Translations under genes and position numbers: made by a program | Origin: Felis catus | Taxonomy: Eukaryota | Direction: 5' to 3' | Length of the DNA stretch: 64,000 nucleotides | Assembly: GCF_018350175.1 (NCBI RefSeq) | Contig: NC_058368.1 | Span: 171,246,001-171,310,000, forward strand | Notes under the pieces: generated by a model | Told to the model about the DNA's origin: nothing | Seen by the model: the letters and a program-made list of their open reading frames with translations, nothing else | Database searches by the model: none | Shown: positions 13,726-26,772 of the stretch, in pieces | How positions within the stretch are numbered: the stretch's first letter is position 1 | Layout of the letters: the number at the start of each line of letters is the position of its first letter

Positions 13726-13761
<36 letters not shown>
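13530..13761 (+). mobile_element. Can-SINE variant with long A tail
   Basis: gggcacctgggtggctcag head, two CT tracts, ~35-nt poly(A). Confidence 0.9.
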
Positions 13762-13764
<3 letters not shown>

Positions 13765-14737
13765 GAGAGTTGAGCAACCATAGAAGGTGAAAAACTGGTC
13801 CTTCAGTTATGTAAATATAAAGTGATTTTTAAGAACTGATAATATATATCATTGGAGATTATTTTGACTTTTTTTTTTACATTTATTGAGTCCTAACATG
13901 TTGACAATAAGCATTTGTATGGCACAAGTCCTCATATTTTGGGGTCATATTTTAGATTTCTGCCCATTGACATGTTGCTGTGAACTTCCAGTTATAAACC
14001 TTGAGATATTTTGTTTCAATCTTTCTCACTTTGCTGGTGAACAACAGACCCAAGAGGGTATGTGCCTGTTTTATAGTCACACAGGTAGTTAGGCCAGAAC
14101 CAAGGCCACCTGGCTCTCAGCCCAGCGCCGCACTACCTACACCATTTTGCTTCTCATAGATGATCTTTTAAGAGGATAGAAATTATTCCCACTCAAGAAG
14201 AGTACACTTCATCAGTCAGCAACCAGGGCCCACTGAATCTAAGTTTGAAAAGGACAACAAACGTTAATAATCAGGAACTACTGTATTTTTATCAGTATTT
14301 CTACTGATAAAGCAATAAATACTATGTTCCACTTAGAAAAGCTTTCCTAACCTAACAGTAGAATGAGACAACATTTGAAATAACATCTGAAGTTTGCTTT
14401 ACATGGCAAACCATGCTCAAAATACTCTAAATTTACCTATAACATTTTCTGTTCACTTAATACAAAGGGTTTATAGGAGATTTTAAGACGACCAATTCTA
14501 TCATATTTCTACAGTAATAAGTACTTGTTTTATTTACTCTACACTTAGGATTTTCAAGTAGCCCTGTATTTCCTGTGTATCATTTCTTCTGGTTGCAAAT
14601 CCTGCACTTCAGGAAGCATCAGGTACTGCTAATTCCCTAATCTCTCCTGATTCTATCAACTAGAAGTCCCAAATTTGAACGCTTTTTAGGGACTAAGCAA
14701 AAATGTAAACGTGCCAAATGATGATTTAAAGTGGTAA

Positions 14738-14990
14738 GGGCACCTGAGTGGCTCAGTCAGTTAAGCATCTGACTCTTGGTTTTGGTTCAGGCCATGATAT
14801 TGCAGTTCGTGGGATGGAGCCCCCTATCAGGCTTGTGCTGACAGCATGGAGCCTGCTTGGGATTCTCTCGCCCTCTCTCTCTCTCTGCCCCTCCACTGCT
14901 CATGCATGTGTGAGCGCTCTCTCTCTCTCTCTCTCTCTCTCGCTCAAAGTAAGTAAACTAAAAAAAAAAAAAAAAAAGTTTTTTTTGTAA
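14738..14990 (+). mobile_element. Can-SINE
   Basis: Head, (CT)n, poly(A); TSD aaagtggt(a/g)ag. Confidence 0.94.
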
Positions 14991-16571
14991 AAAGTGGTGA
15001 GGAATTGATGAACAGGAGAGCTCATGTCTTTGTTTTCATTCTACATGGATTTTGAAAGCATGTAGAATTCTAGCAGGAGTTTGAGTTCTGTGAGCACTTA
15101 GTTAAAATCCTAAGGAAAAAGGGGAGGGAAACTGAGATAGTCCTCTAGAAATGGAAGGCCCTGATTCTTTAATTTAGGGCTCCTGTCAAGTGTAGAGTCA
15201 AATTCTCACTAAGGTGGCACAATTCACACCACATTGTCTCCATAAGGATAAAGCTCAGGTTGTCTCAGTAGCTCAGTGCTTTTATCCCCAAACCATGACT
15301 CTTTTGGCCCAGTGTTGACCAATGATGACCAAAACTTGTTTTTAAACCACTTACAGTCCTTTTCCTACACTTTATTTTGCCTGGGAAAACCCCTTCATTC
15401 ACTGTCTTTACCTAAGAGATTATTCTAAACTTCTATCATTAAAAAAAGAAAAAATGACAATATGTATAAGTAGGTGAGCCAAAGAAAAGTAATCTGTGTG
15501 ATAAAACTGACGTAGTCAGAACATTTCTGACATTCTCCAACCGTAAACTCCACTAAACTAATCTACAAGAGAAAAAAAAAAATCAGTATCACAGAAGTAA
15601 TGGTCAAGTACTTTTTCCTTTGTTCTTGAATAGATGTTTCCCTAAATACTCAATGAATCTCTCAGAGTGACAATGTCTCAGAGAGACTCTCTGAAGCATA
15701 AGCTACAAGCCTGGGACCAAAATATCATTCCACCAAGAACAAGAGATTTTAAAACGGATCGAAACCTAGTTCAGAATGAGAGGGCAATTTGAGAATTGAA
15801 GGCAGTCAACTCAAGGAGACTGAACTTCTTCCCTGAGGCCCTGCCTAATGATGTTATTTTGGGGCTTTCAAATAGGCCCTGCTGTTCTTATAGCTGTATT
15901 TACTACAGAAGTTTCTATGACACCAGGCTCAAATTCACAAGTTTCACGTGGTTTGTACTCCAGGCCAATAGCCAGTAAGCTTGAAAAAGAGAAGGAAAGG
16001 CAGAATGAAGTGATATCTGATGGGAAAAACAGAAAATGTCCAGAAGTGATTCCATTATCTCAGCTCTTCCATTTACAGAAACAAAAGCTCAGTTTATAAT
16101 AATGATAATGAAATGCTCAAAGCAAGACTAATTTAAGTAGCAATCTTCATTTACATTTTTTTAAATCCACATCCAGTTCATTTCTAATACACAACACTAT
16201 TTGTATTGGCTAAGACTTAAAAAAAATCTATTGAAATATCATCAATGCATATACAAGAGCAAATTAAACAGATGTGCTTTTTTTAAGATAACAAAGCAAC
16301 ACTTATGAAACCACCATGCAGGTAAAGAATAATAAGACTGCCAGTACCTTGTAAACACCCTACATGCTCCTCCAGATTGCACTAACAACCTTCTCTAAAG
16401 GAAAACACTCTCTCAGGGGATAACTGCTCACTTTCTTTACTTTATACCCTTACTACTTAGATATATATGTATTTCCAAACAATGTATTTTTAATTTTGTT
16501 CATTTAATGTAATCACACCATTACACATAAACTTTCTTGTCTAACATTTTTCATTCAATATACATTTGTGA

Positions 16572-16718
16572 GGGGCATCTGGGTGGCTCAGTCAGTTAAG
16601 CATCTGACTTCCACTCAGGTCATCATCTCACAGCTTATGAGTTGGAGCCCCATGTCGGGCCCTGTGCTGACAGCTCATTCTGTGTCTCCCTCTCTCTCTG
16701 CCCCTTCCCAACTTGTGC

Positions 16719-16757
<39 letters not shown>

Positions 16758-16791
16758 AAAATAAACATTAAAATAAAAAACAAAAAAAAAA
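16572..16791 (+). mobile_element. Can-SINE inside an old minus-strand L1ME-like fragment (~16190-17075)
   Basis: TSD tcaata(t/c)acatttgtgag 16555-16572 / 16792-16809. Confidence 0.94.
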
Positions 16792-17079
16792 TCAATACAC
16801 ATTTGTGAGATTTAGCTAGGTTGATGTGCAGAGCTGCAGTTTGCTCATTCTATTGCTGTATCATATTCCACTACGTGAATATATCAGATTTCATTAATCC
16901 ATTCAACTGCCAATAGACAACTGGATGTATCCAGTTTGTTGTTATCAAAAATACTATTATGAACATTCTTGAACATGTCTCCAAGAGGCTTACATGTACA
17001 AGAGTTTCTTTAGGGTATATACCTAAAGAGAGTAAAATTTCTGTGTTACAGAGTGTGCATAGTCTACTTAGAATGCTTT

Positions 17080-17600
17080 CTGAAGGAAAGAAATCAAACT
17101 CTAACTTAAAATAGTTTAAACACTAAGAAATATAAGAACATTTACTATTCTACGTAATAAATCTAGACAGAAGGACAATCCAGTATTGTTTGTTTCAGTA
17201 GCTCAACAAGGTCATCAAGGATCTGGGAAATTTCCATTTTCTGCTCTGCCATCCTCAGTGTCTCTCTCATTTTGTTCTCAGGCTAGACCCCTCAGAGTCA
17301 CAAAACAGCCATAAAAAGCTCCAGACATCATGCCCATTCACAACCACAGCCAAAGGACGAAGAGGGATCTCGACTAATGTTTCTCTCCTCGGTGTAAGAT
17401 AAACTTTCCCTAAAGCCTCCAACAAACTTTCTCTTACCCCACAGGTAACAACTACATCACATACTGTGCCTAAGTCAATCACTGGAAAGGGAAATAAAAC
17501 TTGTCTTAAGCCAATCAAGATTATCCCCACAGGCTGGAAAGAAGTCACTTCCCTAAGTACCTAGCCACCAGGAGGTGGTTGCATCCTGTGTTTCTTTCCC
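17080..17600 (-). mobile_element. Old MLT1 (J/K-like) MaLR LTR
   Basis: gctcaacaaggtcatcaagga..c..tttcc...ttctgctctgccatcctcag core; boundaries approximate. Confidence 0.55.
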
Positions 17601-17634
17601 TTAACTTTTCCTGTCATTAAATACAATGGTGTGT

Positions 17635-19410
17635 ACTTTTTGTGGAAAATGAAATTTTAAACATAGACATAAGAAGAGAGAAAATAACCCTATCCCATGT
17701 ACCCACCTTCCAGCTCTACAATTAACTCATGGTCCATCTCCTTTCATCTACATCATTCATCTCCCCATCCCCACCCCTGCATTGTTTTGAAGTAAATCCA
17801 GCTGTCATTTATAAATATATCAGTAACATATCCTTAAAAGATAAAGATTCCTAAAAACTAAAACCATGATGCAGTTGTCACATCTCAAAAAAACAAGTCT
17901 CTACTTTGCTGTCCTGCCCACTCCCCCTTTCAGTGTATTCAATAAACTTCCATCTCCTTTGTTCTTCCTTGGGGAGTTCCTTCACTGCCTGTGCTGCTGG
18001 CCTCCACCTGATGAGGTCGCACCACTTTTGGTTAACACCGAATGGGCAGCCTTTGCCTGCCTGGACAGGACTCTCCCCAGATTCTCCAGGAATTTCTCAG
18101 GACTCTCCCTTGGTAGACCGACTCCTCCTTGGGGAACTGACTACCTCCTGCGGAGATTACGCCTCAAAGAGGATCCAAAGCCCCAGGGGGAACCCACTGG
18201 ATAGCTCTTGCCCTAAAGAGTGAGGGATTTCCCCCCCTTGCCCTTCAAAGGTATTCTTCCCTCCTTCTCCTTTCTTTTCAGCCTTCAGCAGTCTAACCCT
18301 AGTACTCCTCAGACAACTGAAGGTCTCAGGCCAGGGCAGCTCCCCAGTGTCTGAAGGTCTGAGAGGAACAGGTTGGACTATGCAGGCCTGTGAGGGCAAA
18401 GGACCCCTCCCCTCTCCTCTCCTCTTCTCTCCTCTCCCACTCCATCCCCCCAAGGCCTCTGTTCCCAACATATAGCTCAATTGGCAGCAGCCTCTCGTCC
18501 AGGGCAAATCTGCACACACTATGGACTTGGTTAGGATCTTTTCCTAATGCTGGCCAACTCTTAGCCACCTGGCTTCTTTCAAGTCCTGCATTTTTTCCTT
18601 TGTTCCCATGGATTTAGCTGCCATCTTCATCAACAGGCAAAATATGTTCCTATGCATATGAGGGAATCCAACAATTCCATATACAAATGATGATTTCACA
18701 AGGATTCCAGTCCATACCATCAGAGGACTGCTTCCCCCCCCTCCCCCCCACCAAATTCCATGCACCTGGCTACCAGGTAATTTCAAATTGCCTACCGGCA
18801 CTGATATAATACCATGCTCCAGTCTATAGCTGATGGACAGTGCATCACACCACCCAAGTTGCCCACCTGCCGTCCAGCAGGAAGCAGCTCCTAAGATGAG
18901 ACCTCTGCCCAAATGCCAAAGATCTGTCATTGTTGATCTGTCAGGGGGGAATGTAGAGGCCACTTTTAGTCAACAGACTTGAGCAGCGGAAACCTGAGTT
19001 GGGTAAAAGGGCCCACAGTGACCACCAGGCTGAATGCAAACAGGCTCATTAGGTGGCTCACTTCAAGAATATCCATAAGCCCTAGCTGACCAATGGGCTA
19101 CTTACAACCCACCATAGGTACCAAAAAAGGAGTTCCCATACCTCCACATTTCCCCCCTTAACTACAGCCTTCCACCACTGCCTCCTGGTAGTCTCTCCTT
19201 TGCTGTCCTGCCCACTTCTCCCTTGCAGTGTTTTCAATAAAATTCTATCTCCTTTAAAACAAAACAAGAACAGCCTCTAACATCAACAAATATCCTGGCA
19301 GTATTCAATATCCCCAATTATCTCATGGATGTATGTGTGTGTTTAAAAAGTTTATTTGACTTGAGATCCAAGTAAGTCGCAAACATTATAATTGGTTGAT
19401 AGATCTCCTA
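17635..19410 (-). mobile_element. L1MC-like 3' fragment split by the LTR-RNA insertion
   Basis: 17635-17897 and 19261-19410 read as one continuous L1MC-type 3' sequence once the insert is removed. Confidence 0.65.
17897..19260 (+). mobile_element. Processed (RNA-form) ERV1-like LTR element: R-U5-PBS-internal-PPT-U3-R-A tail
   Basis: ~65-bp terminal direct repeat with AATAAA (17897-17960, 19191-19255); U5 ending CA at 18024, then tttggtt PBS-like site; PPT aggggggaa 18943-18951 followed by TG; CCAAT at 19090; flanking aaaacaag duplication. Confidence 0.85.
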
Positions 19411-19800
19411 AGTAGGACTAAGTACTCTTGGGGGGAAAAAAATCAGGGTTCCGGAAATGCAGAGGATGGGCAGTTGAGGAAATGGGAGTACAGGTTAGAG
19501 TTCCCAGGCTAATAGGTCCCAACCAGGCTGTGGATGATCTCTCCAAAACACCCCCCGACCCCCAGCCCCCATGATAATGGTCAATAGCCACACCTGGAAA
19601 TGCTGTAGTGGGGAAGTCACATTACACTCTAGCAAACCTTTGTCCCTCAAAGAGCAAAAAAATATTGAAGATTTACATCTCTTGGGGAAAAAGCATACCA
19701 CAAAGAAATGAGGATCATTGAAAACTGAGTTGTGAAGAGCATGGAGTTAATGCTAATTCCACTACAGAGGCAATTTATTTTTAAGAAATCAGCCATGAGC

Positions 19801-21382
19801 TCTTCACAGAGCTAGAACAAATAATCCTAAAATTTGTATGGAACCAGAAAAGACCCCTAATAGCCAAAGCAATCTTGAAGAAGAAAACCAAAGCAGGAGA
19901 TATCGCAATCCCAGACTTCAAGCTATACCACAAAGCTGTAATCATCAAGACAGTATGGTACTGGCACAAGAACAGACACTCAGATCAATGGAACAGAATA
20001 GAGAATCCAGAAATGGACCCACAAACATATGGCCAACTAATCTTTGACAAAGCAGGAAAGAATATCTAATGGAATAAAGACAGTCTCTTCAGCAAGTGGT
20101 GCTGGGAAAACTGGACAGTGACATGCAGAAGAATGAACCTGGACCACTTTCTTACACCATACACAAAAATAAACTCAAAGTGGATGAAAGACCTCAATGT
20201 AATACAGGAAGCCATCCAAATCCTAAAGGAGAAAGCAGGCAAAAACCTCTTTGATCTTGGCCACAGCAACTTCTCACTCAACACGTCGCCGGAGGCAAGG
20301 GAAACAAAAGCAAAAATGAACTACTGGGACCTCATCAAAATAAAAACTTCTGCACAGCGAAGGAAACAATCAACAAAACTAAAAGGCAACCAACAGAATG
20401 GGAGAAGATATTTGCAAATGACATATCAGATTAAGGGGTAGTATCCAAAATCTACAAAGAACATATCAAACTCAACAGCCAAAAAACAAATAATCCAGTG
20501 AATTTGTTTTCCATGGGTAAAATCCAGGGGCAAAAGACATGAATAGACACTTCTTCAAAGAAGACATCCAGATGGCCAACTGACACATGAAAATATGCTC
20601 AAAACCACTCATCATCAGGGAAATACAAATCAAAACCACAATGAGATACCACCTTACACCTGTCAGAATGGCTAACATGAACAACTCAGGCAACAACAGA
20701 TGTTGGTGAGGATATGGAGAAAGAGGATCTCTTTTGCATTGTTGGTGGGAATGCAAGCTGGTGCAGCCACTCTGGAAAACAGTATGGAGGTTCCTCAAAA
20801 AACTAAAAATAGAACTACCTTACGACCCAGCAATTGCACTACTAGGCATTTATCCAAGGGATACAAGTGTGCTGTTTCAAAGGGGCACATGCACCTCCAT
20901 GTTTATAGCAGCACTATCAACAATAGCCAACGTATGGAAAGAGCCCATATGTCCATTGATGGATGAATGGATAAAGAAGAAGTGGTATATATATACAATG
21001 GAGTACTACTTGGCAATGAAAAAGAATGAAATCTTGCCATTTGCAACTACATGGATGGAACTGCTTATGCTAAGCAAAATTAGCAAATTAGTCAGAGAAA
21101 GACAAATATCATATGACTTCACTCATATGAGGACTTTAAAAGACAAAACAGATGAACATAAGGGAAGGGAAACAAAAATAATATAAAAACAGGGAGGGGG
21201 ACAAAACAAAAGAGACTTATAAATATGGAGAACAAACTGAGGGTTGCTGGAGGAGTTGTGGGAGGGGGGATGGGCTAAGGGGCATTAAGGAATCTACTCC
21301 TGAAATCATTGCTTCACTATATACTAATTAATTTATTTTAAAAAATAAAAAATAAAGCTAAATTATTAAAAAAAAGAAAAAA
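19801..21382 (+). mobile_element. 5'-truncated feline L1 (ORF2 3' part, 3'UTR, poly A), ORF disrupted
   Basis: ORF fragments [29 protein letters not shown]; 18-bp TSD aagaaatcagccat(g/a)agc 19783-19800 / 21383-21400. Confidence 0.97.
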
Positions 21383-22086
21383 AAGAAATCAGCCATAAGC
21401 AAGAGATTAATACAGATGGTAAAACACTGAAAATTATAATTCCATGGAAAATGATACCTATTGATTAAAATAAAAACATATAAAAGATAATGGCTTCAAC
21501 TCACCACTTCTTTGTAATCAATTTTGTTTTTAATCTACACTTAGTTTTTTAAATGAGGTTATAAATACTTGAAATGATTGGTATTGAATTCGAAATTGTG
21601 ATTCTTTTTTTAATGTGGAGTTAAGCTACTAAAAGTGATATAGTACTAATAAGATTGTTTGATGTCCTTCATTAATACTTCTTGTGCTTCTGAAAATCAT
21701 TTGTAGTCACAAAATAAAATACAGAGATTTCAGAAAATTGGAAAAACATCAAAGCAGAGTAAAAAGGCAAAATTCAAGAAATGAGAGAAGAATAATTAAG
21801 CAGAAAATATGAGCTAAAGGAAGGAATTAAACAGAAAACGAGGGCAAGAAAAGCCTTCTAACTGCAGTAAAGTAAATCCTACTTTAGTTCATAAGACGTT
21901 TACTATTTTTACAAAATAATAAAACCGTAAAGCATGTGCAGTCCTCTTTCTCCATTTTCCAACCTTTTTTTTCTTCTGACAGTCAAAGGTAGTAGTTTAA
22001 TGAGCAGAAAAAAATGTTGACTATCAGCACAGCTTCTCCAGGGGCTGGACATGGCAGGGTGGCTGTGCCAAATGAAGGGTCTAAGG

Positions 22087-22310
22087 CAGTGGTTCTCAGC
22101 TAGGTTGATTTTGCTCCCGCACCCCAGGGGGCATTTGGCAATATCTGCAGACTTTTTCGTTTGTTGCAACTGAGGGGTACAGAGTACTATTGTCTTCTAG
22201 TGGGTAGAGGCCAAGGCTGCTGCTAAACATCCTACAAGACACAGGACAGCCCTCTACCATAATGAATTACCTAACCCCAAATGCCAAGAGGGCCAGGTCG
22301 AGAACCCCTG
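22087..22310 (+). mobile_element. MER20 hAT-Charlie MITE
   Basis: cagtggttctca...gattttgc.ccc..ggggcatttggcaat.tctg...tgggtagaggcca.gg.tgctgctaaacatcctaca...gagaacccctg. Confidence 0.9.
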
Positions 22311-23889
22311 ATCTGGTGTCAACAGATGAAGAACAACTCTGAGGCACCAGCCCATAATGCACCATTAACATATACAGAATGACTTCTCTCCTTTGTCCAA
22401 CAAATTCTACAACTCCTTTCTGTCATTATCTTCACCGCCATCAAAATGCATGTTTTAACATCTCACTTCCAGTTTACTGCAGGCTCCCAGGTGATCTGGC
22501 TCACTTTGGTTCATGGGCACAGAGCCGACCAGTTGTTTTTCCTGTAATTAATTCCCTCTCACCTTAAGAACTGCAGTGGCTTCTATTTTATCTATGATGT
22601 CAAAGCTAAAGTCCTCATCCTGACACTAAACTCATTATCCATCAATGGCTGCTATTTTGTCCCTTTTGTAATCTTACTTTAAATCCCTTTAGCTCCTTTA
22701 CTCCAGCCAAGACATCAAGAGATCTTTCTCCCTTTTATCTCCTTCACCTGTTTCTACTTGCCTCCTGGGTGACTCTTGCTATTTTGGTAAAGAATAGTCT
22801 GAAAAAAACAGATTGTTTTTTAACTGCTTCTACCATGAATAAGTGGGACGATACCAGAATCTACTACAAAATTCATGAACTGGAAAGAACTTAACTATGC
22901 TCTTTCTAGTATATCTTCATAGCATATATATATGTCAGGAAATTGTTTTCAACATTAAAGGCCAAAACAATGAAAAAAACATTTTTCAGGCAAAAAATTT
23001 CAATTAATCATAATTTTTCCATTTTCCAAAAAGTCTATTTAGTGGAGATTTTATTTCATGAAAATCTTGGTTGGAAGCAAGGAAAATTAGGGAGGTATCG
23101 TTCACATCTTTTTTAAAATCTGGGTTTTTTAAATCTTAAAGATACTTCAGGGGAATTTTTTTCACATATTGAAACTTACTGGTTCATAAAATAAGATTAA
23201 AATAAAATATGAAAATTGAATTTACGTTTACATTTTTCTAATAAGGTATATTGCCTAAGAGACTAACTCCCTTATTTCAGATAATGCTAAGTCAGTAACA
23301 TTTCTAGTACAGAAATTGGAAATGTTTGGCCTGAGTAAAAGGAAATGGGCATGGTTTTAAAATATTTAAGTTCTTATGCAGAAAGAGGAATAGATAAACT
23401 TACAAAGTTGCTCATAAAGAGAGAAGCTGAACAAATAGGAGGCAGTAGCTAGGAGTAAGATTGTGGCTCAATATAAGCAAGTAGTCTTACAACCTCTCTG
23501 ATTTTGAAAAAGCTTCAGCAATGTCTCAAGAACATCATTTCAGTTAGGAAAATGTGCCCTGACCAAAAACCAACGGCCTTGGCTTCATCCCTCTTTGATA
23601 TATTAGGCACATGCTAGCCCTATTCTGATACACCCTCAGTTTCTCAGACCTCTGGATGTCAGCTTCTCCAGGCACCTGGGCAGCTGCCGTCCATCTGGAT
23701 ACATTACACTTACATGTAATTATGTTGCTCCTTTGCTCCCCTGCAGGAATCCCCTACGGTTTGCAAAACAGTCATCACCCTTATCATGATTTTCAAGGCC
23801 CTTCACAATCTGCTCACTACCATCAACTCACTGTCCCAGCCCAGGTGGATAAGTAAAGACTTTGATATAAAATAGATTGGATTTACTTA

Positions 23890-23906
23890 TTGTTTTAATA
23901 TTTATT

Positions 23907-23963
<57 letters not shown>

Positions 23964-24129
23964 GTTAGCAGGGGAGGGGCAGAGAAAGAGGGAGACACAG
24001 AATCCAAAGCAGGCTCCAGGCTCTGAGCTGTCAGCACAGAGCCCAATGCAGAGCTCGAAGTCAAGAACCTTGAGATCGTGACCTGAGCTGAAGTCAGTTA
24101 CCTAACCGACTGAGCCACCCAGGCGCCCC
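23890..24129 (-). mobile_element. Can-SINE with (GA)25 tract
   Basis: Reverse-strand head ending ggcgcccc; long GA repeat 23911-23960. Confidence 0.95.
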
Positions 24130-24159
24130 TGTTGTTGTTTTTTTTTTAATAGAGTTAAA

Positions 24160-25030
24160 GGACTGACTTAGGGAAATGTTATAGTTACAGTGCATCCAGA
24201 TAGTATAAAGGAATTAAGCAAAATCTCCCAGAAGATCTTTGCAGTCAAGTTAGAAAAATGTGAACCAGATACTAGGACATGTAGAAGAATCTATAACTAG
24301 AAAAGTGACCCTCAAGTACTGATTACTGGGTGATTGCCAGCCTAAAAAGATTTCCAGTGATGGAGCACAGAATGTTGCCTATGCAACAACATGGGTAAAA
24401 ATATCAATCTCATGGTCATCATATTTGCAGATCATGATGCTGAGAGAAAAAGCAAATGCAGTGACAGGAAGAAACAGACGAAAAGCTAGGATCCCAGAAT
24501 ACTGAATGGTACAAAAAGGGACGAAATTCAACCAACTCAAAAACCAAACTGCAAAACTACAAGACAGAGAGACGGTGATATCCCAGAACCATTTGTGGAA
24601 AAGGCATGAATATTTTATTCAATTGCAAGCTTAATATAAGTCAACATGTGACTCTCCCTCCAAAAAAGAAACTAATATGACCTTGAGTTGTATTAATAGA
24701 CATACAGTAGCTATAATAAAGGAGATAAATGTTCCTCTGTCCTCTACAACCTAAATGGAAAAAAAAAAAAAAATTGGTGATATTTAGCCTGAAGAAAGAA
24801 GGTAGATTGATTGTTCTCTTTAAATATTTAAAGAGGTGTCATGTAGAAGCAGCCCTCAAAAGTTCGACATACAAGGGGTAAAATATATGAGGAGATAAAT
24901 TTGGGTTTTCCTCCTTAAAGTGAAAACTGCATGGGAGAAAAGAAAGTCTCCATTACTAGCCTGGGCCATTTTTATACAGGCTGTAGGTTAGATTCAAATC
25001 CTGGAGAGTTGATCAGAATGCTGGGTGTTT
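24160..25030 (+). mobile_element. L3/CR1 LINE remnant
   Basis: tttgcagat..; aagcttaatataagtcaaca.tgtga; ctaat.tgaccttg.gttgtattaataga; tttagcctg.agaa.agaagg motifs; highly diverged. Confidence 0.5.
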
Positions 25031-25428
25031 TGATCTCAGATTCTATGATTTGGAGGGCTGTGGGTCACTAGGTAAAACTGTTGATAGTGGGGAATGGGCA
25101 GGGGGGGGCATTAGTGAAGGAGAGTTGTTCCATCCTCAAGAATGATGAAGCAAAGTTCTGACTGTCTCTGAACAAAGTATTATTACAGATAAATTGCACC
25201 TCCACACTCATTTGGTACAAAACCTAGTAATAATAGAGTTAAAGGGGAAATTCTCTTTCCATTTTATGCTTTATAAAGGCTTCAAAATACTTCCTCTTCC
25301 AAAACCTGCTCTGCAAGATCTTTTTTCTAAGTTGCACAAAATGTAGATTTGTTAGGCATTTTCCAGGAGTAATTTTTCAATTTTAATAAGCAAAAGGCTA
25401 ACGATAAACTGTAAAAGAAATTTGGTCC

Positions 25429-25622
25429 AGGGACGCCTTGGGTGGCTCAGTCGGTTGAGCATCTGACTCTTGATTTCTGCTCAGGTCAGGATCCCAGGAA
25501 TCTGGGATTGAGCCCCGAGTTAGGCTCTATGCTAAGATTTTTTTCTCTCTCTCTCCCTCTGCCCCTTTCCCCAGCTCACACTCACTTGCTCGCTCTCTCA
25601 AATTAAAAAAAAAAAAAAAAAA
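25429..25622 (+). mobile_element. Can-SINE
   Basis: Head, CT tract, poly(A); TSD-like t(t/c)tggtcc. Confidence 0.92.
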
Positions 25623-26034
25623 CATCTGGTCCTTGGAACTGAAATTTGTTGTTCTAAATTTGTTTTTTTATTTGAATTTATTTTGTGTTCCCAAGACATC
25701 AAGTAAAATAAACTTACCTGCTGCCTATAGGTGGGTCTCCTCTTCTTACATCAGCATCAAAACGATGGCTTCAGTGTGAGTGTTTTAGCTCCCAATACTA
25801 GTGACCGACATTTAGTCAACATTCCTTCAGGGTTTACCTGTTCTGGCTTTGTATCAACAGTCCATGGACATGATTATTCTCTTCAGCTCCTAGGGACTTC
25901 CAGGCTCTAGTCTGCATTTATTTCCCATTCTCACCAAGTCATCATGCATTTCTTCGAGGCAGTGGATATGTTTAGAAGTCTTGCTGGCCAAAGCCCTTAT
26001 AGTTTCATTTGCCTGCCTTTCCTTTCTCTCGAGG

Positions 26035-26241
26035 CAGGAGTTCTCAAATTTACAGTGCATCTGAATCACCTGGGCAGCTGGTTAAAGTCATGGATTTTGA
26101 GATCCCATCCTCAGGTTTTCTGATTTAATAGCTGCCTTGAGAGGACAACACTATTTTTAACAAACTCCCGCCCCCTAGAAAGGTTTTTCTTTAACCAATT
26201 TCTTTACACAAGTGGTCAACAGGTTACACTGTGAGAAACCA
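26035..26241. mobile_element. MER5-like hAT MITE
   Basis: cag..gttctcaaa...tgcatc.gaatcacctggg ... acact.tgagaaacc inverted termini. Confidence 0.65.
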
Positions 26242-26360
26242 TCTTAAAAGGATTCTAAATTGGAGAAATGTATAATGTGTATTTTTCTCATCAGACCTCA
26301 AAAATAATGATCTACCTCTTTACAACAATGGCTGGTAAAGTTAAAAGAAGTCTCTCTTCT

Positions 26361-26572
26361 GGGGTGTCTAAGTGGCTCAGTCCGTTGAGCATCTGACTCT
26401 TGATTTTGGCTCAAGTCATGATCCCAAAGTCATGGGATGGAGCCCTGCCTTGGGCTCCCCACACTGGGATCTATGTTGGGCATTGAGACTGCTTGCATTT
26501 TCTCTCTCTGCCCGTCTCCCCCACTCTCTTGCTCTAAAAACAGAAACTAAAAAACACAACAGCAACAACAAC
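26361..26572 (+). mobile_element. Can-SINE
   Basis: Head and A-rich tail; TSD aaga(a/t)gtctctcttc. Confidence 0.9.
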
Positions 26573-26772
26573 AAGATGTCTCTCTTCCTAACTTAAGAAG
26601 AGATAGCAGTATATATGGTTTCATAAAAACCTGCTGTTCAAATGATGATCTGTTCAAATGGTGATCTGTGTGGAGCTAGTTAGAAATACCCCACCTCAGA
26701 CCTGCTGAATCAGAACCTGCCCTATAACAAGATATCCAGGTGATTTACATGAACATTAAGATTTGAGAAGCA

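Noticed and set aside
26633..26668. Short tandem duplications (also ~1010, 8665, 34341, 42651, 52022)
   Set aside because: Two-copy 7-16 bp slippage duplications, common in mammalian DNA; not an array or CRISPR-like structure.
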